In this document: positions 49,591 to 59,400 of the stretch, in pieces
Layout: every line of letters begins with the position of its first letter
How positions within the stretch are numbered: position 1 is the first letter of the stretch
Assembly (NCBI GenBank): GCA_044892525.1
Contig: CM097886.1
Coordinates: 130,944,001-131,008,000 of the forward strand
From: Schmidtea polychroa
Taxonomy: Eukaryota
Reading direction: 5' to 3'
Length of the DNA: 64,000 bases
Notes under the pieces: model-generated
Seen by the model: the letters and a program-made list of their open reading frames with translations, nothing else
What the model was told of the DNA's origin: nothing
The model's database searches: none
Made by a program: the position numbers and the translations under genes

Positions 49591-52440
49591 TGGAGCGAAT
49601 AGAAAAGTAATCCTTGAAAAATAAATGAAATAAGATAAAAATATAAGGTACCATAGAAATCTCACTAGTAAATAGGAAGGAACAATAAAATAACAATAAA
49701 AGAATAAGAATAAGTAAACAAACTAAATAAAATCCAATAAACCCCTTGAGATTTAGAAATAAAGCGATTTAGGACCCAGCAGATGAAATAGAATAAAATA
49801 AGTAAAAAAGTGACAACAAATAAAAGAGAAATTTAAGAAATAAATAAAAAATAAAACTATCTTTAAGTCTAATTAAAACAAAAAAATTATATTACAATAA
49901 AGTAGCAATAAACCTACAAGAAAAATAGGAGGAAAATAATAAAAATAGGAAAATAAATAAAATAATAATAAGAAATAAGTTAAGTCATTAAAATCTAATA
50001 TATTATAATAAAAAACAGAAAAATAATAATAAATAGTAAAAATACAAGCAGGTAGCGTCCTGATTGGACGAAAAATACTATATATGTAACGTGAAAAATT
50101 AGACGACAACCACTTTTAATTTTTCACGATTACAGGTAAAATTTTAGAAAAACTTAACAACCACTTTTAATTTTTCACGATTACAGAGCATAGACTTCAG
50201 ATATTTCACCGAATTCAGGACTAGAATCGCAAACGCTAATTCGAGAGATTTTCAGAATTTACCTTCAATTAATTTGAAACCAGTTTAAACTCGATTTCGT
50301 TCCAGTTTTTGAAACTATCGGTAGGCCGATTGATTTATATGTATTAGTTAATTTATTAATGATGAAAGACAAAACTCATTTCGTAAAATAAATTTATTGG
50401 AATACAAATGGCCTTTTCTTCATGGTGCCGGCGACTGTACCATCTGAGAGCTCCCAGTATGATGTGGATGAGTTGGAAATGTACCACGGCAGAGAACACA
50501 ACAGTGGGAAGGTTGGCCCTCATAAGAAATCCCGAAGATGCTGAAAATGAGAATGTGATATTTGCAGAGAAGGATATTTATCATGTGAGAAATCTACCAA
50601 GGTTATGATGAGGCTGCGGTTGTGTGGAATGAATAACATCATACTTGGAGTCCAAATGATAGGGTCGCCGGGTGAGCTTTATTGATCCATTTATTTTTAC
50701 TGATTCATTTGCTACTATTTGATTCATTCATTCATTTTATTATTCATAAATTGTATATTAAATGTTGATTTTGTGAAAGACGAGTCAAACGGTCCCTCAC
50801 GACGATGCAAGAACGGCGGCAGAGATGATTGCCTTCTTGGGTGGGTCATGAGGGGTGAGGAGACTCCGCAGGTGGAATACTGTTGGAAGTAGAGTTTCTC
50901 ACATCGAGCGCGATCTGATAGAGGATCTTTCGTTTTCTTTTATGAAGTCCCGCTGAAGTTCCAGAATAAATAATGTAAATTTCCAAAGTCGGAGACAATT
51001 TTTCGGATTGAGATCAGTAGTTCGTTGTTGTTAGGAAAATTTGCTTTTCCGTCGAATATGGAAGGGTGTCTGAGTAGGGATGGGCGATGAATTGTTAGAG
51101 TTTTCACGGGAAGATCTGCTAAGCCCTTAAAAATTGAACCCCGAGAGGTACATTGCAGGGACATTAGCGAGTAAACCCATTCATTTACTAATTTAGACTT
51201 TAGCTTGACATTGAATATCTGGTAAAGTTTGGTTTGACGTTGACAGCGGCTCGTCTAAAAGGGGAAAGTAAACAAATTTTTGATAAGGAAATAAATCACT
51301 TGCCGTGAGTCCGAGTGAAGATATCAATAGCGATAGGAGAATCATTAGTTGCCCATGGCCAGATAAATTTCCGACGGGGAAAATCAGCTGATAATTTGAT
51401 AAAGTCATCGAACGAGTTGATTTAGAAGGCGGCAGTCGATCGAGTGTATTGAGTGGTCTTATCGTGAGTCGACCTAATATCGAAAATCCAGAAAATAGAG
51501 TAATTTTGATCTACTGAATCCGCAAGTCACCCACACAATCGAATTTCTTGAGTTTTGGACACACCAACTGAGTACCCGTCTCAACTAGAGCATCTCTCTA
51601 CAACTCTACCTCTATTAATCGCTCGCCCACATGTACACATGCATCACACTCAGATTAGGTCACAGTGCACATGTGGATATCATCATTACCTAATCATAGG
51701 GAGAGAGTCGTACACTTGTAACTGCTGGTAGACCACTGGATTGCGTCAGAGAACATGGCGATGCGACGAGAAATTTTTTTTGCCAGTGTGCAAGCCGCTA
51801 GTTAAATGCACCAACATGCATCGTAACGAACCCGTCGATAGTTGATGGTATAGATAGACAATCAAATGAACACATAACTGCGCCCGATTTAAGCGTCACT
51901 ATGACGATGTTTATGACGTTAAATTTGAAATAACTAATTTGTAATCCATGATAAAAATTTTAAGCGAGGGTATTATGATTTTCTTACAAACCCGAGGGGT
52001 CCACATACAAGACGGGGTGTCCCGGTAATTGCCGATTTTCCGTTCATCATATAGCACGCGTAGAATCTAACGACGTGGCAGCAAAATGAGTAAAATATAA
52101 TTGTTAAAATGTAATAACGATAATTAAGATAATAGCGTTCATAGTAACGAAGCAACAGTCATGCAGTAGTTAATAATAGTCAAACCCGTAAAGTAAACCT
52201 AAAAGCTAGCATAATGAATTGTTTTCATGAATCCCGTTTTCTTCTCATAAAGTAGTAATGATTACATGGGTTAGTTTGGATGTTTGAGATTGTATGAAAG
52301 TGGTTAATTGCCGACGGGGTAGATTGGTAGGCCACTCTTGGATAACTTGGTCGGGGAAATCTTACATTTCGTTTTCCGAAAATATGAATAATACCCCAGT
52401 AAATTTTTAATTTAAAAATAACAATTTCTCAACAATTTAG

Positions 52441-53205
52441 ATGAATACCTCAACCAGTTCCGGGAAAACCCTCAGACCTTGCTTTTCCTGTGCTGATAAA
52501 AATGCCGATATCGCACAGCTCCACTTGTACATCGGGGAATTGAAGAAGAGAATTGACCTCTATGAGGGAACGTGGTTCTCCCCACCACAAATGAAGGAGG
52601 AGAAGAGCAAGATTTTGCGTTTGGAGCACTGCCGTGACAGTCTCCTAGAAGAAAGCAGGTGCCAGAGGCTAACCATAAAGGCCCAATCAGAGGCACTGCA
52701 CAAGGTGTATTCCGAATCAGAACTAGCGAAGCGAGTTCGCGAGTACCCGATACAAGATGGGACTAACGTGTTCCCAATACACCACAAATTAGCTGAAACC
52801 TCATCAATATCCAGTTGTAAAGGGCATGGCCCACAAATGCCGCCAATTCCCGCCCCAGTTCTTTCGGGCGATCGACCTATGGCTGGCGGTTCATCGGACC
52901 CCATCTTGGCTCCAGTACTCGTGCCACACCTCCTTCAGTCCCCAGCAGAAGCTGCACTCCCCCATCGAAAGCGTAAGCGGCTGACGCGTTCTGAAAAAAA
53001 TCAGAAGCGTAGAAATGCCATGGCCGCGCTCGAAGCATCGTTATCTGTGGCCAAAGCAACTATCAAGGAAATTACAGTTACCCATTCCATTCCTACAAAG
53101 GAAGTATTCCGGGTAGTTCCGGCCGGCAGTATCAAATTCCTCGAAGATCGCCGGTTGCCCGTTGACATCGACGAGATGCTCGCAGAAGGAGAAGCATTCT
53201 CGTAG
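52441..53205 (+). CDS. Element-associated 254-aa protein: CxxC, coiled coil, Pro-rich segment, basic NLS-like cluster; function unknown
   Basis: Intact GC-rich ORF in an AT-rich context with CFSC, a heptad-rich N-terminal half and HRKRKRLTRSEKNQKRR. A paralog at 49.36-49.59 kb supports coding. Confidence 0.6.
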   Translation: MNTSTSSGKTLRPCFSCADKNADIAQLHLYIGELKKRIDLYEGTWFSPPQMKEEKSKILRLEHCRDSLLEESRCQRLTIKAQSEALHKVYSESELAKRVREYPIQDGTNVFPIHHKLAETSSISSCKGHGPQMPPIPAPVLSGDRPMAGGSSDPILAPVLVPHLLQSPAEAALPHRKRKRLTRSEKNQKRRNAMAALEASLSVAKATIKEITVTHSIPTKEVFRVVPAGSIKFLEDRRLPVDIDEMLAEGEAFS

Positions 53206-53488
53206 CCAATTCTCTCTCGGGTCTCGATTCCCCTGCTATTACGAACGAACTTGAAGAAGTGACGTTATCTCGTGACTAATCTTTAATGTTTCGCATTTGT
53301 TTAAACAATGCTGAATGTAATTTGATGTTCCGTTCTAATATAACTGTTCGATTTTCTTTGATTGTGTAAATTGTATGTATGATTTGCTACGGTTGAATTG
53401 CATGAGAGAAGGATCACGAAAATATAGTAGAAACTTAAATGTCTTACCTTTTGGACCAGGGTCGGACTGAATGATGCGTAAAGAATGG

Positions 53489-53601
53489 GTAAGACCTTCT
53501 ATGGCACCGTAGAACCCGAACCGAGAAAGGGTTAGGAGTAGTCCTAAGGCAGGGGCTCACCTGCTAACTCTTTCCAACCCGTGTGAGCAGTACCAACGTG
53601 G
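53489..53601 (+). other. Conserved ~115-nt block (copy A) downstream of the 254-aa ORF
   Basis: Homologous to 1465-1581 and 48869-48983; stops occur in all frames nearby. Confidence 0.7.
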
Positions 53602-54217
53602 AACATCACCACGGGCTCATATGTGGGAATATGCGAATGATCATTTGGAGTGCGTGAGGGAATAATCTGAGTAGAATAATGACACCTGATGTGTATGATA
53701 ATCATGCCTATATATTTTCTTTCCCCCACATACGCCAACATGATTTTTGGGGGCTCAGCCGGGATGAATTCGATTTGTTGATTACCTATTATTGTGTTAT
53801 GATGTGTTAGATTAACAATATAATTAATTATGATTAAAAATGGAATCGGGACTGAAACGAATCGATATCGTAATACAATAGAATGATGATACGAACTGAA
53901 AATAGAGCCTGTATGAATAAAGATGAACCTAAATGAGTATGAATGTATATGATAGAGTATGATGAGAGAAGGAAACGGGAATTAGTTACTTTGTTTAATT
54001 TTAATTTATTAAATTAAAAAGGGGAGACAAAAGAAAGTAATGACAATAAAATTAAAAGATTAAAGTCAAAAATACGACGGGGATTGTTAAAAAGACTAAA
54101 TAAAATACGAAAGCTAGAAACAATAACAAATAAAAGAGAAACGAATATTAAATACAACGTAATAATATTATTGCTAATACTAGTAAGAACAAATAATAAC
54201 AACACATTCATTTAGAT

Positions 54218-54697
54218 ATGTCAGACGCTAGACAACATCTACAACAGCTAAGCCGGTTCGTCGAAATAGAAAATGATTCAATAAAAACATTAAGGGAAAA
54301 ACTGAAACAAATAGAACTGCTAGAACAACAAAGCCACAACGCACCGCTGATATCCAAACAAAACTTTCTAACCGACAGATTAGGATCAACAAATACCGAT
54401 ACCGACTTGTCGATTCATTACCAATGGTTTCAGCAACGTCTCGACGACCCAGCGCTGAACATCGAATATGTGAGGATACGCGAACGAGTCAAAACTCTGT
54501 CTCAGCGGATACGAACATCAATAGTAGAGAAAGCAGCGGCCTTGAGAACTTGTAACATTTGCAAGATGCGACCTGTCAAAATTCTGATTCTACCTTGTGG
54601 GCACCTTAGCCATTGTGACGAATGCGCCGCCAGTTTAATCCGGTGTTCTATGTGCACATGTGTAATAAAAGAGAAGCACATAATCTACTTCAGTTAG
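54218..54697 (+). CDS. Coiled coil plus C-terminal IAP-type RING (C3HC4_3-like) protein, no BIR; putative E3 ligase
   Basis: CNICKMRPVKILILPCGHLSHCDECAASLIRCSMCTCVIKEKHIIYFS* matches the spacing and terminal F-x-S/aromatic end of XIAP/cIAP RINGs. Confidence 0.85.
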   Translation: MSDARQHLQQLSRFVEIENDSIKTLREKLKQIELLEQQSHNAPLISKQNFLTDRLGSTNTDTDLSIHYQWFQQRLDDPALNIEYVRIRERVKTLSQRIRTSIVEKAAALRTCNICKMRPVKILILPCGHLSHCDECAASLIRCSMCTCVIKEKHIIYFS

Positions 54698-55280
54698 GTA
54701 CGTGATCGTCGCTCGGTGAGAGAAATTGGATGGTTGAACAATTAAACTAAAATATTTTAATTTTTTTTGATTTGATTCATTAATATTTTAATAATGGTAT
54801 CATATATCATATGTAGCATGGACTGAATAATCAATAAATCATTTTTGTGTGTTTATTTCATTTTGCGAAGCTATAATTTGATCTGTTGTATCATAATTTT
54901 CACCATGAAGAAAGGGTATTTTAAAATTTAAATCGAGTACATAAAGTGGAGCTAGTCCCAACATAAGATTAAAGGGGGAATAAACCGAGCCACCTTCGGG
55001 AGGTACGATAATTGAAAAACCGTTCGGGAGGGGATAACCGATCACCCCGAGTAAGAGATGTAAGGCGAGGTACCATCGCGAATATTGAAAAGTTTCTGCG
55101 GTATGGCTGATCACCATACCAATGCAGAAATGGATCAATGCGATCGTTTTGCGTTTTAAGCAAGGGGGGAAAGGGGAAACCTTCCAAAGCGGTACAGATT
55201 AAGTCGACAAATAAAAGTAAAAATAGGAAGATGACAGTATAGAATAAAGACAAAAAGGAACGGAAGCATGCAGAGTTTAG

Positions 55281-55800
55281 AGATATTAAGGCCGAGCTGT
55301 TGAAAAGTCCAGCCGGTCAGGAAAAATTAAAACTGAGCTGTGAAAAGTCCAGCCAGTCGGAGATATTAAGGCCGAGCTGTTGAAAAGTCCAGCCGGTCAG
55401 GAAAAATTAAAACTGAGCTGTGAAAAGTCCAGCCAGTCGGAGATATTAAGGCCGAGCTGTTGAAAAGTCCAGCCGGTCAGGAAAAATTAAAACTGAGCTG
55501 TGAAAAGTCCAGCCAGTCGGAGATATTAAGGCCGAGCTGTTGAAAAGTCCAGCCGGTCAGGAAAAATTAAAACTGAGCTGTGAAAAGTCCAGCCAGTCGG
55601 AGATATTAAGGCCGAGCTGTTGAAAAGTCCAGCCGGTCAGGAAAAATTAAAACTGAGCTGTGAAAAGTCCAGCCAGTTCGGAGATGAAGAAGATTGAGCT
55701 GTCGAATAGTGCCAGCCAGTCGTAAGATCGAGTTGTTGAATAGTCCAACCGGTCAGGAGAAGAAGATTGAGCTGTTGAAAAGTGCCAGCCAGTCGTAAAG
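55281..55800 (+). repeat. 80-bp tandem array (5 near-perfect units) built from 40-bp subunits, followed by degenerate units
   Basis: Units start at 55281, 55361, 55441, 55521 and 55601. Subunit core is GAGCTGT(T)GAAAAGTCCAGCCRGTCRG. Confidence 0.95.
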
Positions 55801-56463
55801 GCCTAAAGTAATAGTGAGATAGCATTCAAGCTACAAGTTGATAACATTTAAATTACTAGTGAGATGGAATATTAAAGCTAGCTAGAAGCAAAGTGAGTTT
55901 GAAATATGGTATTTGAATTTAGAAAGGATTAAACGAGCTCGTGAGAAGTAATAATGAAATTTTTTTCAGTGGGAAAGAGAAACGGAAAAGGAAAATGAAT
56001 TAAAGAGATAATGAAAATAAAGAATAAGTGATGAGTAAAAGAGGAAGGTGATTAATTAATTAAAAAAAGGATCCCAGACAAGTAGACAAGGTTCGACAGA
56101 ATTTTTTTTTGGTTTAAACCGGTTAAACGAATTTTGTTTTGGTTACAGAGTAGAACCAAATAAGGGGAAACAGAGATGAAAGATTAAGTAAAATAGCGGA
56201 ACCGCGTAAAAGGATTAAGGAAATATGGGAGGTAATAAGCAGTAACTGACAACGACCTATCGATATTATAAATGCTAACTATAGATAATTTATACGACTA
56301 TATAGATAATTGTTACTACCCCAAATAGATAATTTAAAATCGACGAAAAATATGGGTTGATGGGTAATTATATTCCGCGAAGAAGTGTATGAGGGGAAAT
56401 GAAGAGAAGTATAACAGAGGCCCTAAAACGGTGTCTGTGCTTGAATGTGGCAAAAAGGAATGA

Positions 56464-59400
56464 TTGATTCGTGTAAGCAAAGGCAACACGATATCATATT
56501 TTCATTGTAGACATCCATCCAACCAAGTCAATTCAGAACCAGCTCAAGAGGAATCCAGAGAATATACAAACAACCCAGGAAAAGCAATTCAGAACCCGCA
56601 CAAAGGAAGACAATATCAAAACCGAACTCGACCAATTCAGCAGACGCTAACCGTAGAAAATCCACGTGAAAAGACAGAAAAGAGTAAAAGGAAAATCACG
56701 GATAAACCCAACCTTAGATCTTCAAGTAAGCCAGGAGACGTATTATTTTCAGGAGACGAATTAGATCAACTCAAAAGAGGACGATCATTTAGGCAGCAGA
56801 GAGGAATATCACAAGGAGCAAAAAGACCCCACAAAACACCGATATACGATCAAGAAAACCCCACAGCCGGACATACGCCCAGCCGATCTAGAAGTAGAGA
56901 AAGTCTATCCGATATAACAAACAACCTAACCGGGTCAACAGAAGAATTATCCGTCCATAGCTTAGCTACATCGCTGGAAAATTTAAAAGAAATAATAGAG
57001 TTTCAAGAACCAATTAAGATGAATGTGGTAAAAACTGACGAGTATAAGGAAAAATTTAGAGGCGAACCATTCAACGGGAATGCGAACAAGTTGGCAACGT
57101 TCATAACCAACTTTGAAGTCTATATCGATGTGTGTGGATGGACACCCGAAGCAATTAGTAAACGAATGCCTCTGTTTTTGTGCGATAGCGCACTCGAAGT
57201 ATATCTGGAAGCAAAAGAAAGAAATACGAAATTAGACAATTGGGAAAACATCAAAACATTTTTGAGAAAAACATTCGGAGCCAGCAAACCAATAAATCAA
57301 GCGTTAGGTGAACTGGCAAGTAGAAAACAAAGAGCAAACGAGTCAATTACGTTATACGCAAGTGAATTGCGAAGATTGGCAAAGAAGGCCATGAACGGAA
57401 ACTTGCCGGAGGAAAATTTAATTGGTTACTTCATAGAAGGACTACGCCGAGAAGAGGTAAGGGCCTCGGTGGGATGTCAAATGTGTAAAACACTAGAAGA
57501 AGCCATAGATTGGGCCACAAGATGCGAACTACACCTCCCAGCACAAATGAACGTCATGCAAGAGGAGGGAAGAATCGCAACAGCAACGGTGAAAACGGAA
57601 AATGGGGATAACAATAATCATGAACCCAAGATGAATCAGTTTATACCAGGAGCACATCAAATTTTCAAACCACCACAAGGACGATCAAACGGGAATAACA
57701 GTGAACGCAACAACTCGAACAATGGGAACAACTTTAATAATCGACGAAATATGAACGATAACAAACAATGCCGAACATGCGGTAAACCAGGACATTGGGA
57801 TAGAGATTGTTACCGAAACGCAAATTGCAATAGGTGTGGACGACGAGGACACACGGAAAATATATGCCAATCAAGAGGATGTTTTAACTGCGGGCAACTA
57901 GGTCATATCTCAAGAGACTGTCGAGAAAGGAGCCAACAGCAACGACCACCACAGCGAAATAATAACTATGCACCAAATCCGCAACGACAAAGTAATCCTA
58001 GTGAGGGAAAGCAAATGAATGTGATGCAAGAAATTTCACAAATGAAGCAGATGATGCAACAAATGATGAGACCGAGACAAGAGCAAGTACCACAACCAAC
58101 CCAGAATATACGCATGATGAGAAGCACCGAGAATCTTAACAATTATGAAGTGCAACAACATGCACAAGAATGGCAAAGACTACAAGCTGAAGAAGAAAGG
58201 ATAAAAAGAGAGCGAATTCAGCAGCGACAAGAACAACCACTACGAATAAATATGATGAGGATGGTAAAGGAGATAAAGGAGCAATATTGTTACAATTACG
58301 GGAAAAATCCAAGAGTTGTACCTATGAGCGAACCAGAGAAACCGAAAGAAACAATTACAGCAGCAAAAAAGGAAAATTCAACAACACCACTAAAAGGAAA
58401 TCAGAGAATTCAGAAAATATTTTGGAAAAAGATAAAAGATAAAATCGAAAGAGAAAAGGAGCAAACAAAAACAGAAGCAGAAGCAGAAAATAACGAAAAT
58501 GAAAAACAGATTAATCATCTAAAGCATAATATGATACGAGAATTAGACTCAGAGGAGCTAACGATACTCGAGAACAACAAGTTAAAGAAAGTACCAAGAA
58601 TGAGAAATTTACGAATTAATATGATGAGGACAACAAAGAAGGTGTTGTCAACAGATGACGATGAGGATTATGTGAGTAGCCTTGGTGGAGAAATGTTACA
58701 GTTAAATGAAAATATCGACCAACTAAGAGAAAAGATCGGAGCAGATGAAGATGAAAGAGAAAGCGACGTGACAAGCGAAAGCGACGTGACAAGCGAAAGC
58801 GAAGACGAGAATATCGAAATGAAATTGAGAAAAGAAAGAGAAGAAGCGATAAAACAAGTAAAGGAAATACTTCCAGTGGTGGTAAGAAACCAGGAATTCA
58901 TTGACATCATACCATACCGACGCTTCATACAAAAGATAATGAAACTAGAAAGAAACGAAAAAGACCTAATACCAAACGAGGAAAAAGTGATAATAAAGAA
59001 GTATATGGAAAAAATGAAACAAGCGGAGACAACACGCTATGTAATAAAAATCGGAACGAGTAAAGGACTCGAGAGAATATGGATAAAAAATGCAGTCACA
59101 GACGACCTTTTCGATTGGATAAGAGAACATTTGGGCAGCTCGAGAAAGAAAGAATATCTGTATCAATATCAAGGAGAACAAATCAAACCAGACATGCACC
59201 TAATAGATGCATTGATCTGGCCAGGAGAAACTCAAATATTGAAATTGTATAAAGAGAAACAACCAGCAAATATTCACGAATGGGCTAAAGACGCCAAGGC
59301 CGAGTACGATTTTAGCATCAAGCTGAAGCTGGAACAAATAAAACAATGCACCTTGCGACGAAATCTAGATAAATTAATCAAACAAATTCAAGAACAAGTC

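Noticed and set aside
53489-53601. Alternative genetic code (TAA/TAG = Gln) to rescue a reading frame across the conserved block
   Set aside because: Host genes and the RING and 254-aa ORFs use standard stops, and non-triplet indels remain between copies.
55281-55800. Possible CRISPR-like array
   Set aside because: The intervening sequences are identical between units, so there are no unique spacers. It is a tandem repeat in a eukaryotic genome.
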